From: an uncultured Prevotellaceae bacterium
GTDB lineage: Bacteria > Bacteroidota > Bacteroidia > Bacteroidales > Bacteroidaceae
Assembly (NCBI GenBank): GCA_902767045.1
Contig: CACXFT010000104.1
Location: forward strand, 7,481 to 71,480
Direction of reading: 5' to 3'
DNA: 64,000 nucleotides
Below, piece by piece: positions 49,873 through 61,258 of this stretch; position 1 is the stretch's first letter; each line of letters starts with the position of its first letter. Position numbers and translations under genes: made by a program. Under the pieces are notes generated by a model. That model saw only the letters and a program-made list of their open reading frames with translations, was not told the DNA's origin and did not search any database.

Positions 49873-51234
49873 TTATTCTGTGAAATAATGAAGCAATTGT
49901 TCAGGTTCAACCATAGTTTGTTCACCAGTTGTCATATTCTTCAAAGTGAGTTTACCTTGGTTCATTTCATCTTGTCCGGCAAGCGCTACAAAAGGAATAT
50001 GCTTAGCATTGGCATAGCTCATTTGCTTTTTCATTTTTGCCTCGTCGGGATAAATTTCGGTTCTTATTCCAGCTTGGCGTGCCTTTGCCACAAAAGGAAG
50101 ACAATAGTCTGTTTCTGCTTTTCCGAAGTTGATGAATAGCAGTTGCGTAGTCCGCACAGCTTCTTTTGGATAAAGGTCTAACGCATTGAGCACATCATAG
50201 ATGCGGTCGGCACCAAAGCTGATTCCCACACCGCTCAGTCCGGGCATACCGAAAATGCCTGTCAGGTTATCATATCTGCCTCCTCCGGTGATGCTGCCAA
50301 TTTGCACATCGAGCGCTTTCACTTCAAAGATGGCTCCTGTGTAGTAGTTTAAACCACGCGCCAAGGTTAAGTCGAGTTGAATTTCGTTCTTCAAACCAAT
50401 GGTTTTGAGCGTGTTAAGAATAAACATGGTTTCTTCCACCCCCTTGAGTCCAACCTCTGAATTGGCGAGCACAGTAGATATGGTTTGCAGTTTTTCTTCG
50501 TTGCTGCCTGTTAAGTTCAAGATAGGTTGCAACTTTTCTATAGCCTCTTCGCTAATGCCATCGGCTTTCAGTTCTGCATTTACATTGTCAATTCCTATTT
50601 TATCGAGCTTGTCAATAGCTACCGTGATGTCGATAATTTTGTCGGCGGCACCGATAACTTCGGCAATTCCAGTAAGGATTTTTCGGTTGTTGATTTTTAT
50701 CTGCACCCGAATGCCGAAGCGTGAGAACACGGTATCAACAATTTGCATGAGTTCAACTTCATTCAGCAGAGAGTTGCTGCCAACCACATCGGCATCGCAC
50801 TGGTAAAATTCGCGATAGCGCCCCTTTTGCGGTCTGTCGGCTCGCCAAACGGGTTGAATCTGGTAGCGTTTGAAAGGCAGTTGAATTTCATCGCGGTGCA
50901 TTACCACGAAACGGGCAAAGGGAACAGTAAGGTCATAACGAAGTCCCTTTTCGCAAAGGCGTGCAGCCAGATGTAGCGGGTTCTTTTCGTTGAGTTCCTC
51001 TTCAGTAACCTTACTCAAGAAATCGCCGGAGTTCAATATTTTGAAGAGCAGTTTATCACCTTCTTCTCCATATTTGCCCATAAGCGTTTGCAATGTTTCC
51101 ATTGCGGGAGTTTCTATCTGTTGAAAACCATATAAAGCATATACTTCTTTTATAGTATCAAAGATATAATTGCGCTTTGCCATCTCTTCGGGTGTGAAGT
51201 CGCGCGTTCCTTTGGGTATAGAGGGTTTATTCAT
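49873..51234 (-). CDS. hisS: Histidine--tRNA ligase
   Basis: [47 protein letters not shown]. Confidence 0.97.
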   Translation of the reverse strand: MNKPSIPKGTRDFTPEEMAKRNYIFDTIKEVYALYGFQQIETPAMETLQTLMGKYGEEGDKLLFKILNSGDFLSKVTEEELNEKNPLHLAARLCEKGLRYDLTVPFARFVVMHRDEIQLPFKRYQIQPVWRADRPQKGRYREFYQCDADVVGSNSLLNEVELMQIVDTVFSRFGIRVQIKINNRKILTGIAEVIGAADKIIDITVAIDKLDKIGIDNVNAELKADGISEEAIEKLQPILNLTGSNEEKLQTISTVLANSEVGLKGVEETMFILNTLKTIGLKNEIQLDLTLARGLNYYTGAIFEVKALDVQIGSITGGGRYDNLTGIFGMPGLSGVGISFGADRIYDVLNALDLYPKEAVRTTQLLFINFGKAETDYCLPFVAKARQAGIRTEIYPDEAKMKKQMSYANAKHIPFVALAGQDEMNQGKLTLKNMTTGEQTMVEPEQLLHYFTE

Positions 51235-51271
51235 TTTGTTCAATTCTTTCTCTAAAATTTCATATATCCGA

Positions 51272-52552
51272 TTAAAGGTTTCTAACGATGGTCTGTTCTC
51301 TGTCTGGCCCCACAGAGATAATTGCTATTGGGGTTTCGAGCTGCTCTTCCAAGAATTTCACATATTGGCAGAATTCCTTGGGGAACTGCTCCTCGGCAGT
51401 CATCTTGGTCATATCTGTTTTCCAACCGGGCAGCTCTTGGTAAATGGGTTCAATGCCCTCTTCAATGTTGTATGGGAAATAGTCTATGCGCTGCCCATTC
51501 TGCTTATAGGCTATGCATGCCTTGATGGTATCGAAGCCATCGAGCACATCGCTTTTCATCATGATAAGTTCCGTTACGCCATTCACCATGATGGCATATT
51601 TCAGCGCCACCAAATCAATCCATCCGCATCGACGCTCACGACCCGTAACGGCACCATATTCGTGTCCGAGGTCGCGTATCAGTTTTCCTGTTTCATCGAA
51701 CAATTCGGTTGGGAAAGGTCCGGCTCCCACTCGTGTGCAATAAGCCTTCATGATACCATAGACATGACCAATGCGGTTGGGACCGATGCCGAGTCCGGTG
51801 CATGCGCCGGCACAAATGGTGTTCGACGATGTAACGAAGGGGTAGCTGCCAAAGTCTACATCGAGCATGGTGCCCTGCGCTCCTTCGCAAAGCACCGTTT
51901 TACCATCGCGCAACAAGTTGTTCACTTCGTGTTCACTGTCAACGATGGCAAACTGCCGCATATATTCGATACCCTCCATCCAGTTCTTTTCAATTTCAGC
52001 GATGTCGTAGTCTGTATAATTCAACGACTTGAGCATGGCAATATGGCGAGCCTTGTGTGCGGCATATTTTTCTTCGAAATTATCAAGGATGTCCCCTACC
52101 CTCAGTCCGTTGCGACTGATTTTATCGGTATATGTTGGTCCGATGCCTTTACCAGTTGTTCCCACCTTGTTTTTGCCTTTCGCTGCTTCTATGGCAGCAT
52201 CGAGCAAGCGGTGAGTGGGCATGATGAGATGAGCTTTCTTAGAGATGTGCAGCCTTTTACGCAGGTCGTGCCCGCTTTTTTCAAGTTCCTTGGCTTCAGC
52301 CATAAACAAGTCTGGTGCAAGCACAACACCGTTGCCTATGATGTTTATCTTCCCTCCCTGAAAGATGCCGGAAGGAATACTTCTCAACACATATTTCTGC
52401 CCCTCGAACTCGAGTGTGTGACCGGCATTGGGACCACCCTGAAAACGTGCAATCACATCGTAGCGTGGTGTTAACACGTCAACCACCTTGCCCTTTCCTT
52501 CATCGCCCCACTGCAAGCCGAGCAGGACATCTACCTTTGTTGTCATGTTCAT
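51272..52552 (-). CDS. purA: Adenylosuccinate synthetase
   Basis: [29 protein letters not shown]; ATG 52552 or 52546. Confidence 0.97.
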   Translation of the reverse strand: MNMTTKVDVLLGLQWGDEGKGKVVDVLTPRYDVIARFQGGPNAGHTLEFEGQKYVLRSIPSGIFQGGKINIIGNGVVLAPDLFMAEAKELEKSGHDLRKRLHISKKAHLIMPTHRLLDAAIEAAKGKNKVGTTGKGIGPTYTDKISRNGLRVGDILDNFEEKYAAHKARHIAMLKSLNYTDYDIAEIEKNWMEGIEYMRQFAIVDSEHEVNNLLRDGKTVLCEGAQGTMLDVDFGSYPFVTSSNTICAGACTGLGIGPNRIGHVYGIMKAYCTRVGAGPFPTELFDETGKLIRDLGHEYGAVTGRERRCGWIDLVALKYAIMVNGVTELIMMKSDVLDGFDTIKACIAYKQNGQRIDYFPYNIEEGIEPIYQELPGWKTDMTKMTAEEQFPKEFCQYVKFLEEQLETPIAIISVGPDREQTIVRNL

Positions 52553-52566
52553 TCTATCTTTTGCTT

Positions 52567-53046
52567 TTATATTTTTTCTTTCGTATCCTTTGTTTTCTTC
52601 CGAGCCGATTTCGACAAACACGAACTGCATACACCATATATGTATAATGCAAACCCGTCTTTGTGGAAGCGCTGCAGTTTAGCACTGTTGATGGCATCTA
52701 TTAGGGTTGGAATCTGCACTTCTGAAACCTTTCCGCACAAGGTGCAAACTTGGTGGCAATGGTCTTCGATGGCATAGCCTGCTTCATACATCGTGCCTCC
52801 AACGAGTCTGTGCCTGATGATGAGGTGCAGTTTCATCAACAGCTTGATGGTATTGTAGAGAGTTGCACGACTCACCCTGAAGTTTTGTGTCGCAAGGTTT
52901 GCACTCAACTCTTCGAGCGTGAAATGGCCCCTCATGCTGTACACGGCATCAAGAATGGCAAAGCGCTCCGGCGTTTTTCTATGCTTTCCGCTTTCGAGAT
53001 ACGCCGTGAGCACACGCCTCACTGTTTGCCTTGTTTTATTGTCCAT
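52567..53046 (-). CDS. fur: Fur-family transcriptional regulator
   Basis: RKTPERFAIL, VSRATLYNT, H..C..CG, YG.C..C. Confidence 0.88.
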   Translation of the reverse strand: MDNKTRQTVRRVLTAYLESGKHRKTPERFAILDAVYSMRGHFTLEELSANLATQNFRVSRATLYNTIKLLMKLHLIIRHRLVGGTMYEAGYAIEDHCHQVCTLCGKVSEVQIPTLIDAINSAKLQRFHKDGFALYIYGVCSSCLSKSARKKTKDTKEKI

Positions 53047-53132
53047 TATTTTGTGTTCTCGTCGAATACCGCACAAAGGTACACATTTTTAATCAACAAA
53101 AGGGCAAAACCTATTAAAAAAATCACATTTGC

Positions 53133-54194
53133 TTAATGATTTTGGATATACTCCACAATCCATGCACCAACTTCTTTCGTTCCATAGTGGGCCCCGCCTT
53201 CAATCTGAATCTCGGGTGTTCTCACATGATTGTCAAGACTTGCGTTCACCGCTTCTCTTATGAGAGCACCTTCTTCGTTTAACCCAAAGTGCTCTAAAAG
53301 CATGGCTGCGGAAAGGATCTGCGCCACCGGATTTGCCTTATTCTGGCCAGCAGCCTGTGGCCACGAACCATGAACCGGCTCAAACAAGGGAGTGTGCTCT
53401 CCAAGTGACGACGAGGGCTGAAGTCCCATAGAACCCGTGATGCAAGAAGTTTCGTCGGTGAGGATGTCGCCAAAAGTGTTTTCGGTAACAATCACATCGA
53501 AGAAAGTTGGCTCTGTGAGCACGCGCATCGATGCGTTGTCGATGAACATATAATCGGTGGTAACATCGGCATATTGCGGTTCCATCTCTTTGGCAATTTG
53601 TCTCCAAAGGCGACTGCTTGCCAACACGTTGGCCTTATCCACAACGGTGAGATGTTTCTTGCGCTTTTGTGCACATTCGAAGGCTACTTTCAGGATGCGC
53701 TCAATTTCGTGCCGATAGTATATGTCGGTATCGTAAGCCTTATCGTTATCCTGGTATTTCTCTCCGAAATACATTCCGCCGGTAAGCTCGCGTATGACGA
53801 TGAAATCGGCCCCGCGCAGAATTTCATCTTTCAACGGACTCATGTGCAGCAGGCAAGGGAACGTGGCCACCGGACGAATGTTAGCGAAAAGTCCCAGTTT
53901 CTTACGCATGGCAAGCAGTCCCTGTTCTGGTCTTACCTTGGCGGTGGGGTCGTTGTCGAATCTCAAATCGCCCACGGCAGCAAAGAGCACAGCATCAGCT
54001 TGCATGCATGCCTGGTGCGTTTCCTCGGGATAGGGATTGCCCACCTTGTCTATGGCATGAGCCCCGCAGATGGCCTCTTCGTAGTTAAACTGGTGATTGA
54101 ATTTCTTTGCTATGGCATTGAGCACGGCTATGCCCTGTTCCATAATTTCCGGTCCGATTCCATCTCCGGGTAAAACAGCAATATTCAGTTTCAT
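53133..54194 (-). CDS. leuB: 3-isopropylmalate dehydrogenase
   Basis: [34 protein letters not shown]. Confidence 0.96.
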   Translation of the reverse strand: MKLNIAVLPGDGIGPEIMEQGIAVLNAIAKKFNHQFNYEEAICGAHAIDKVGNPYPEETHQACMQADAVLFAAVGDLRFDNDPTAKVRPEQGLLAMRKKLGLFANIRPVATFPCLLHMSPLKDEILRGADFIVIRELTGGMYFGEKYQDNDKAYDTDIYYRHEIERILKVAFECAQKRKKHLTVVDKANVLASSRLWRQIAKEMEPQYADVTTDYMFIDNASMRVLTEPTFFDVIVTENTFGDILTDETSCITGSMGLQPSSSLGEHTPLFEPVHGSWPQAAGQNKANPVAQILSAAMLLEHFGLNEEGALIREAVNASLDNHVRTPEIQIEGGAHYGTKEVGAWIVEYIQNH

Positions 54195-54206
54195 AACTTT
54201 AAGTAT

Positions 54207-55772
54207 TTATTTATTTTCGTCTTCAAGGATATTCAGCATTTTGATGGTAGCTTTAATGGCCGCTTCTGTCTGGTCGGCATCGAGCCCACGTGTTTTCACT
54301 AATCTGTTGCCAAAGTGCCATGTGATGATTGTTTGCACGAGCGCATCGGTTCGCCCCCCCGGTGGAATTGAAACCGCATAGTTGGCCAAGATGGGGAAGG
54401 TGCGCCCCAGATGTTTCTTATAGATATAACGCAAAGCTTTCACGAAAGCATCATACTGACCGTCGCCGGTAGCGCCGGCTTCATATTGCTTTCCGTTAAT
54501 CTCTACTTTAAGGTTTGCTCCGGGTTTTAGGCCGTAAGAAGTTGACACAACGTAGCTTATCAGTTTCACGCGCTCTACTGTTGGTGAGTGTTTCAGCACA
54601 TCGTTCACAATATATGGCAGGTCTTCCTGTGTTACCAGTTCCTTCTTGTCGCCCAGTTCAGTGATGCGAGCCGTCACGCGGCGGGTTTGTTCGGGCGAGA
54701 GTTCAAGACCAAGCTCTTCCAGGTTCTTTGCAATGTTTGCCCGTCCGGAGTTTTTGCCCAAGGCATATTCGCGTTTTCTTCCAAATCGCTCGGGCACCAG
54801 TTCGTTGTAATAAAGGTTGTTTTTGGAGTCGCCGTCGGCATGAACTCCTGCCACCTGAGTGAACACATTCTCTCCCACGATGGGCATGTTGGGTGCAATG
54901 GCAATGCCGCTATAGCCTTCCACCAGGTGGCTGATGTCGCCCAGTTTGCTTTCGTTCACATTTGTGCGTGCATTATAGTGGTCTTTCAGAATCACCTGCA
55001 CACTTGCAAGCGGAGCGTTGCCGCATCTTTCTCCCAGTCCGTTCACGGTGGTATGAAGCCCTTTACAACCACTCAGCACAGCCGCCAACGAATTAGAAAC
55101 AGCCAGGTCGTAATCGTTATGTGCATGAAAATCGAAATGCCGGTCGGGATAACGGCTGTGCATTTTCCGAACATATTCCACACACTGCAGCGGATGCATG
55201 ATTCCCAGCGTGTCGGGAAGCATGAACCGCTTGATGGGCATGGTGCACAAAGCATCCATTAACTGGTATACATAATCGCGCGAGTCGCGCATGCCCGAAC
55301 TCCAGTCTTCAAGATAAACATTCACCTGAAGATTGGAAGCGATGGCAGTGTTCACACACGAACGAATGTCGCTGATATGCTCTTCCGGGGTTTTGCCCAA
55401 CTGTTCCCGGCAATGCTTGAGCGAGCCTTTCACCAGCAGGTTCATCACACAAGCCCCTGCCTCTTGAATCCATTTCACCGATTCGCCGTTGTCTACGAAT
55501 CCCAGCACCTCTACTCTATCCAGTTTTCCAATGCTTTTGGCATAACGGCAAATCATGGCCACAGCTTTTTTTTCACCCTCAGAAACACGGGCCGAGGCCA
55601 CTTCAATCCTGTCGATGTTCACCTCGCTGAGTAGCATGCGGGCAATCATGAGTTTTTCGTGCGGAAGAAACGACACGCCGCTTGTCTGTTCGCCATCGCG
55701 CAGCGTGCAGTCCATAATTTCCACAAACGGTTGTTGCTGTTGCGAGTCAGTTATTTGTTCTGACGTTCCCAT
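54207..55772 (-). CDS. cimA: Citramalate synthase (second DRE-TIM family member)
   Basis: D.TLRDGEQT.GVSF, YLEDWS, H.HNDYDL, LeuA-type regulatory C-terminus; position between leuD and leuB as in Bacteroidales. Confidence 0.8.
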   Translation of the reverse strand: MGTSEQITDSQQQQPFVEIMDCTLRDGEQTSGVSFLPHEKLMIARMLLSEVNIDRIEVASARVSEGEKKAVAMICRYAKSIGKLDRVEVLGFVDNGESVKWIQEAGACVMNLLVKGSLKHCREQLGKTPEEHISDIRSCVNTAIASNLQVNVYLEDWSSGMRDSRDYVYQLMDALCTMPIKRFMLPDTLGIMHPLQCVEYVRKMHSRYPDRHFDFHAHNDYDLAVSNSLAAVLSGCKGLHTTVNGLGERCGNAPLASVQVILKDHYNARTNVNESKLGDISHLVEGYSGIAIAPNMPIVGENVFTQVAGVHADGDSKNNLYYNELVPERFGRKREYALGKNSGRANIAKNLEELGLELSPEQTRRVTARITELGDKKELVTQEDLPYIVNDVLKHSPTVERVKLISYVVSTSYGLKPGANLKVEINGKQYEAGATGDGQYDAFVKALRYIYKKHLGRTFPILANYAVSIPPGGRTDALVQTIITWHFGNRLVKTRGLDADQTEAAIKATIKMLNILEDENK

Positions 55773-56341
55773 TCTTCTGTTTTGCTTTGATTTTGAACGA
55801 GATAGTCAATATCGTCGAACCCATTCATCAGGCAATGCTTTTTATATCCGTTAATTTCAAACTTTTCGCTGTGACCTGTTGCCTTGTTCGTGACCGTTTG
55901 ATTGGGCAAGTCTACCTCCACCTCAGTTTGATGGTCTCGTGCGATAGAATCGAAGAGTTCTTGCAGAAAGGGCTCTGTCACCACCACAGGAAGCACAAAG
56001 TTGTTCTGCTCGTTGTTTTTGTGAATGTCGGCAAAGAAAGAAGATATAACCACTCTGAATCCATATCCAGCAATAGCCCATGCTGCATGTTCGCGGCTCG
56101 AACCCGAACCAAAGTTCTTTCCTGCCACCAGAATCACGCCCGAATATGAGGGGTCGTTGAGCACGAAGTCTTTCTTGGGTGTTCCATCGGCATTGAATCG
56201 CCAGTCGCGAAACAGGTTGTCACCCATTCCGGCTTTGTCGGTTGCCTTCAAGAATCGGGCTGGAATAATTTGGTCTGTATCTACATTCTCCAACGGAAGT
56301 GGAATGCAAGTGCTTGTTATAACGTTGAATTTCTGTTTCAT
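55751..56341 (-). CDS. leuD: 3-isopropylmalate dehydratase small subunit
   Basis: NVDTDQIIPARFL, NFGSGSSREHA. Confidence 0.97.
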   Translation of the reverse strand: MKQKFNVITSTCIPLPLENVDTDQIIPARFLKATDKAGMGDNLFRDWRFNADGTPKKDFVLNDPSYSGVILVAGKNFGSGSSREHAAWAIAGYGFRVVISSFFADIHKNNEQNNFVLPVVVTEPFLQELFDSIARDHQTEVEVDLPNQTVTNKATGHSEKFEINGYKKHCLMNGFDDIDYLVQNQSKTEEWERQNK

Positions 56342-56384
56342 TGCATGTTCTGAATTTGTTGGTAGGCATTTCTTGTGTGTTGAA

Positions 56385-57779
56385 TCAAATCAAATCACGC
56401 GGGTCTGTGATTTTGCCTGTAACGGCAGCGGCTGCAGCTACGAGCGGACTTGCGAGTATGGTGCGCGAGCCGGGCCCTTGTCGGCCTTCAAAGTTTCTGT
56501 TGCTTGTTGAAACACAATACTTTCCCTGTGGCACTTTATCGTCGTTCATGGCCAGACAAGCCGAGCAGCCGGGCTGACGTATCTCGAAGCCTGCTTCATT
56601 GAGAATTTTATCTAACCCTTCTTCAACAATCTGTTCACTCACCGCCCACGAACCAGGTACTAACCAGGCAGTTACGCCATCGGCTTTCCGCTTCCCCTTT
56701 ACCACGGAAGCAAAAGCACGGAAATCTTCTATCCTGCCATTGGTGCATGCACCGAGAAAAACATAGTCGATGGGTTTTCCAGCCATTTTCTCGCCCGGTT
56801 TGAAGCCCATGTAATTCAAGCTCTTCAGGAAAGAAGAGTGCCCGGATTCTGTAATCGATTCAAGCGCAGGAATATGCTCGCTGATGCCAATGCCCATTCC
56901 CGGGTTGGTTCCGAAAGTGACCCGAGGCTCTATGTCGGCTGCATCGAAGAAGAGTTCTTTGTCGAACACGGCATCATCGTCGCTGCGCAATGTTTTCCAA
57001 TACGCAACGGCCCTTTCCCACTCTTCGCCCTTCGGCGCATATTCGCGACCTTTCAGGTAGCTGAAAGTGGTTTCGTCGGGTGCTACAAATCCGCCGCGCG
57101 CTCCCATTTCTATGGATAGGTTGCACAGGGTGAGCCTTCCTTCCATCGACATTTCGCGCACTGCCTGCCCCGCATATTCAACAAAGAATCCCGTTGCGCC
57201 CGACGTGGTGAGCTTTGCCATCAGAAAGAGGGCCACATCCTTGGCCGTTACACATGGTTTAAGCGAGCCTTCGATGTTGATTCGCATAGACTTGGGTTTC
57301 TGCTGCAGAATGCACTGCGATGCCATCACCATTTCCACTTCGCTGGTTCCAATACCAAACGCCACAGCCCCCACAGCTCCGTGTGTAGAGGTGTGCGAGT
57401 CGCCGCAGACAATGGTCATGCCCGGCAGGGTGAGCCCTTTTTCGGGTCCCACCACATGAATGATGCCATTGTCTTTGGTATTCATGGCGAAGTGTTTGAG
57501 CCCGAACTCTTTACAGTTTTTGGCTAAAGTATCTACCTGATGCTTCGAAACGGGGTCTTCGATGGGTTTGTCCTGGTCGTGAGTGGGAGTGTTATGGTCA
57601 GGCATGCAGAATATCTGCTGGGGTCGGAAACACTTCAATCCCCTTTCACGAAGTCCCTCGAATGCCTGTGGCGATGTAACCTCGTGGCAATACAGGCGGT
57701 CGATGTATAATTGGGTAGGCCCGTCATCTACAATCTGCACTACATGGCGGTCCCAAATCTTATCAAACAATGTGTTCAT
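56385..57779 (-). CDS. leuC: 3-isopropylmalate dehydratase large subunit
   Basis: [46 protein letters not shown]. Confidence 0.97.
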   Translation of the reverse strand: MNTLFDKIWDRHVVQIVDDGPTQLYIDRLYCHEVTSPQAFEGLRERGLKCFRPQQIFCMPDHNTPTHDQDKPIEDPVSKHQVDTLAKNCKEFGLKHFAMNTKDNGIIHVVGPEKGLTLPGMTIVCGDSHTSTHGAVGAVAFGIGTSEVEMVMASQCILQQKPKSMRINIEGSLKPCVTAKDVALFLMAKLTTSGATGFFVEYAGQAVREMSMEGRLTLCNLSIEMGARGGFVAPDETTFSYLKGREYAPKGEEWERAVAYWKTLRSDDDAVFDKELFFDAADIEPRVTFGTNPGMGIGISEHIPALESITESGHSSFLKSLNYMGFKPGEKMAGKPIDYVFLGACTNGRIEDFRAFASVVKGKRKADGVTAWLVPGSWAVSEQIVEEGLDKILNEAGFEIRQPGCSACLAMNDDKVPQGKYCVSTSNRNFEGRQGPGSRTILASPLVAAAAAVTGKITDPRDLI

Positions 57780-57803
57780 AACTGTGTTGATGAAACGGTT
57801 TGT

Positions 57804-59306
57804 TTATTTGTTTTTGAATTTGTTGATACAGTCGATGTAAGCCTCTACCGAAGCCGTAACGATGTCGGTGTTGGCACCAAAACCATAGTAGAGCTGTCCG
57901 TCGTATTCCACTTGCATGTGCACCTTTCCCACATCGTCAGAGCCTTTTGATATGGCCTGAATGGTGAACTCTTTCAGTGTCATCTGCTTCATGATGATTT
58001 TCTTGAGTGCTTTGATGGCAGCGTCAACAGGTCCGTTGCCGGTAGATGCCGCTTCAAACTTTTGTCCGCTGATGTCGAGTCCGATGCTTGCAACGCTGCG
58101 AACCCCCATACCGGTTGTCACTTGCAGGAAGTCGAGTTTAATGGCATGCGATGCTGCAGTGTCGGCCCCCGCCAACACAAGAATGTCGGCATCGTTAACC
58201 TCTTTCTTCTGGTCGGCCAGCTTCAGGAATTTCTGATACAGCTTGTCGAGTTTTTCTTCATCGTCGATGTCGTATCCGTTCACATGCAGGCGGTATTTAA
58301 GTGCCGCGCGCCCGCTTCTGGCCGTTAGCACAATGGAGTTGTCTTCAAGTCCAATGTCTTTGGGGTCGATGATTTCGTAGGTTTGAACGTTTTTAAGCAC
58401 ACCGTCTTGATGAATGCCGCTGGAGTGTGCGAAAGCGTTTCTTCCCACAATGGCTTTGTTGGGTTGCACGGGCATGTTCATCAAGCTTGAAACCATTCGG
58501 CTGGTAGGATAGATTTTGGTGGTATTGATGTTGGTGTCGATATTCAGGTGCTTATGGCATTTGAGAATCATGGCAATCTCTTCGAGCGAGGTATTGCCTG
58601 CGCGCTCTCCTATTCCGTTGATGGTCACTTCAACCTGTCTGGCACCATTGATTACGCCGCTGAAGGTGTTGGCAGTTGCCATGCCCAAGTCGTTGTGGCA
58701 ATGGGTGGAGATGATGGCCTTGTCGATGCCGTCGACATGATCCATGAGGTATTTGATTTTTGCGCCGTATTCAGCAGGCAGACAGTAGCCGGTGGTGTCG
58801 GGAATGTTCACCACCGTGGCACCAGCCTTGATAACAGCTTCCACCACGCGGGCAAGGTATTCGTTGTCGGTTCGGCCTGCATCTTCGGCATAAAACTCCA
58901 CGTCTTCAACATAGCGCTTGGCATATTTCACAGCCGCCACAGCCCGTTCAATGATTTCTTCGCGTGTGCTGTTGAACTTATATTTAATATGTGAGTCGCT
59001 GGTTCCAATGCCAGTGTGAATGCGTTTGTGCTTGGCATATTGCAGCGATTCGGCTGCCACGTCGATATCTTTCTGCACGGCTCGGGTAAGGGCGCAGATG
59101 GTTGGCCACGTAACGGCTTTCGATATTTCGATAACCGAATTGAAATCGCCAGGACTTGAAATGGGGAATCCTGCTTCGATCACGTCTACGCCTAATTTTT
59201 CCAATTGGCGTGCTACCTGTATTTTCTCTATCGTGTTAAGCTGACACCCGGGAACTTGTTCTCCGTCACGAAGAGTTGTGTCGAAAATAAACAATCTTTC
59301 ACTCAT
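57804..59306 (-). CDS. leuA: 2-isopropylmalate synthase
   Basis: [33 protein letters not shown]; ATG 59306 lies downstream of TACCTTTG (59332-59325). Confidence 0.96.
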   Translation of the reverse strand: MSERLFIFDTTLRDGEQVPGCQLNTIEKIQVARQLEKLGVDVIEAGFPISSPGDFNSVIEISKAVTWPTICALTRAVQKDIDVAAESLQYAKHKRIHTGIGTSDSHIKYKFNSTREEIIERAVAAVKYAKRYVEDVEFYAEDAGRTDNEYLARVVEAVIKAGATVVNIPDTTGYCLPAEYGAKIKYLMDHVDGIDKAIISTHCHNDLGMATANTFSGVINGARQVEVTINGIGERAGNTSLEEIAMILKCHKHLNIDTNINTTKIYPTSRMVSSLMNMPVQPNKAIVGRNAFAHSSGIHQDGVLKNVQTYEIIDPKDIGLEDNSIVLTARSGRAALKYRLHVNGYDIDDEEKLDKLYQKFLKLADQKKEVNDADILVLAGADTAASHAIKLDFLQVTTGMGVRSVASIGLDISGQKFEAASTGNGPVDAAIKALKKIIMKQMTLKEFTIQAISKGSDDVGKVHMQVEYDGQLYYGFGANTDIVTASVEAYIDCINKFKNK

Positions 59307-59428
59307 AATCGTATAAAATAATTGCAAAGGTAATCATTCTAGCCCATACGAACAAATAAATTAATACGATTTTTATTTTTTTGTCTTTCAGATTGTCACT
59401 TTTAAGGTCTTGGGTGCTATCAGTATAG

Positions 59429-59533
59429 ATATTGGTTTGATACATGTCGCATGTAGCATTCCTACATGCGACATGTAGCATTGCTACATACGGCATGTAG
59501 CATTGCTACACAGGACATGTACGAAACCAAAAG
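59429..59533. repeat. 105-bp palindromic element, copy 2 (left end decayed)
   Basis: ttggtttgatacatgt ... three atgtagcatt[g/c]ctaca units at 22-bp spacing ... acatgtacgaaaccaaaag; same 67-bp inner spacing as copy 1. Confidence 0.88.
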
Positions 59534-59659
59534 CTATGCTTTGGCAATCCCAAAGCAGTTTTTCGGCAATCCAGAAGCAGTGCTTTGGTCATCTAAAAGC
59601 AGTGCTTTGACCATCTAAAAGCAGTGCTTCGGCCATCTAAAAGCAGTGCTTTGGCTGGC
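59528..59659. repeat. Six-unit 22-bp tandem array
   Basis: aagc at 59531, 59553, 59575, 59597, 59619, 59641; consensus taaaagcagtgctttggccatc. Confidence 0.92.
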
Positions 59660-59667
59660 TTGTTTTG

Positions 59668-61155
59668 CTATAACGCGGGGTCTGGCAGCGGTGCTCCGAA
59701 GGGGTCGTCGTCGCCGTTGAGCCTGCTCGATATGATTTCTCCGCTGTCGGGAGCTGACGAATAGTTGTCGTCGGGATTCTGGAATCGGGTATATTCTCCG
59801 CGGAAGGTGAGCAGCACATCGCCCGTGGCACCTTTTCTGTGTTTGGCAATGATAATTTGTGCCTTGCCGCGCAGGTCGTTACCTTTTTCATCGTTATAGA
59901 TGCGGTAATATTCCGGTCGGTGCACGAAGAGCACCATGTCGGCATCCTGCTCAATGGCTCCCGATTCGCGAAGGTCGCTCAGCTGGGGGCGTTTTCCTTC
60001 AATACCCTCTCGGCTTTCAACGTTTCGGCTCAGCTGTGAGAGGGCCAACACGGGAATGTCGAGTTCTTTGGCCAGACTCTTCAGCGAGCGCGAGATGGTT
60101 GAAACCTCTTCCTGACGGTTTCCAAACCTCATGCCATTGGCATTCATCAGCTGCAGGTAGTCGATCATGATCACCTTCACCCCCTTTTCTCTGACTAGTC
60201 GGCGGGCTTTTGTTCGCAATTCAAAAATAGACATGCCCGGGGTGTCGTCTACATAGATGGGGGCTCCCTGCAGGTTGCGCAGTCGTTTGTCGAGCCGAAC
60301 CCATTCGTCGTCGGTGAGCTGTCCGTTGAGGATTTTATTGCCGGGAATTTCGCAAGTGTTCGAGATGAGTCTTTGCACCAGCTGCACATTGTTCATTTCA
60401 AGTGAGAAGAAGGCAATCGGTAGGCGGTAGTCAACGGCAATGTTCTTGGCCAGGCTCAGTGCAAACGACGTTTTACCCATGGCGGGACGGCCAGCAATAA
60501 TCACCAGGTCGCTGGGCTGCCAGCCCGAGGTGTAGTCGTCGAGTTTATGATACCCGGTAGGTATTCCCGTCAGTCCGTCGGTATTGGCCGATGCCTTTTG
60601 CAGAATTTCCACCGTTTTGTTGATAACGGGGTCAATTTGGGTATAGTCTTTTTTCATGTTCTTCTGAGAAATCTCGAAGAGCAGTCCCTCGGCCTCCTGC
60701 ATCAGTTCGTCTACGTCTACCGTATCGTCAAAAGCTTTTGTTTCCACCACACTGGCAAACGAGATGAGCTGACGGGCAAGGAATTTCTGTGCCAAAATGT
60801 GGGCATGATATTCTATATGGGCTGATGAGGCAACATGCGAGCTGAGTTCAACGATGTAAGGCATTCCGCCCACCTCTTCAAGAACCCCTTCCCGCTTGAG
60901 CTGCTCGGCCACGGTCATGATGTCTACCGGCTTCTCGTCCATGTTGAGCGTGCGAATGGCCTGATAGATTTTCTGGTGGCGAGGTTCATAGAACGTTTCC
61001 GGACGAATGATTTCTGAAATCATCGTGAAGGCATCACTGTCAATCATCAATGCCCCCAGCACCACACGCTCAATGTCGGTTGCCTGGGGTTGCAGATGTC
61101 CGTATGTAGAGTCTATAGGAGTCTGCTGGTTTCTTCTGTTTGTTGTCTGCGGCAT
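59668..61155 (-). CDS. dnaB: Replicative DNA helicase
   Basis: AGRPAMGKT, FFSLEM, IDYLQL, LSDLRESGAIEQDAD; no intein. Confidence 0.97.
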   Translation of the reverse strand: MPQTTNRRNQQTPIDSTYGHLQPQATDIERVVLGALMIDSDAFTMISEIIRPETFYEPRHQKIYQAIRTLNMDEKPVDIMTVAEQLKREGVLEEVGGMPYIVELSSHVASSAHIEYHAHILAQKFLARQLISFASVVETKAFDDTVDVDELMQEAEGLLFEISQKNMKKDYTQIDPVINKTVEILQKASANTDGLTGIPTGYHKLDDYTSGWQPSDLVIIAGRPAMGKTSFALSLAKNIAVDYRLPIAFFSLEMNNVQLVQRLISNTCEIPGNKILNGQLTDDEWVRLDKRLRNLQGAPIYVDDTPGMSIFELRTKARRLVREKGVKVIMIDYLQLMNANGMRFGNRQEEVSTISRSLKSLAKELDIPVLALSQLSRNVESREGIEGKRPQLSDLRESGAIEQDADMVLFVHRPEYYRIYNDEKGNDLRGKAQIIIAKHRKGATGDVLLTFRGEYTRFQNPDDNYSSAPDSGEIISSRLNGDDDPFGAPLPDPAL

Positions 61156-61258
61156 GATACAATAATTATATGGGCTGCAAAAATACAAAAAATATGGCAA
61201 AAGGTTCGGCTGTTCCGCTTAAAAATATTATTTTTGCATCACTAAAAATGAAAAGACT

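Noticed and set aside
54207-55772. Duplicate leuA
   Set aside because: Better explained as citramalate synthase, standard in Bacteroidales leu clusters
59307-59430. Leucine attenuator leader
   Set aside because: The -7 box lies only 18 nt upstream of the leuA ATG; no Leu-rich leader peptide found
59429-59659. Possible CRISPR array
   Set aside because: 22-bp period with no unique 30-40-bp spacers and no cas genes in the window
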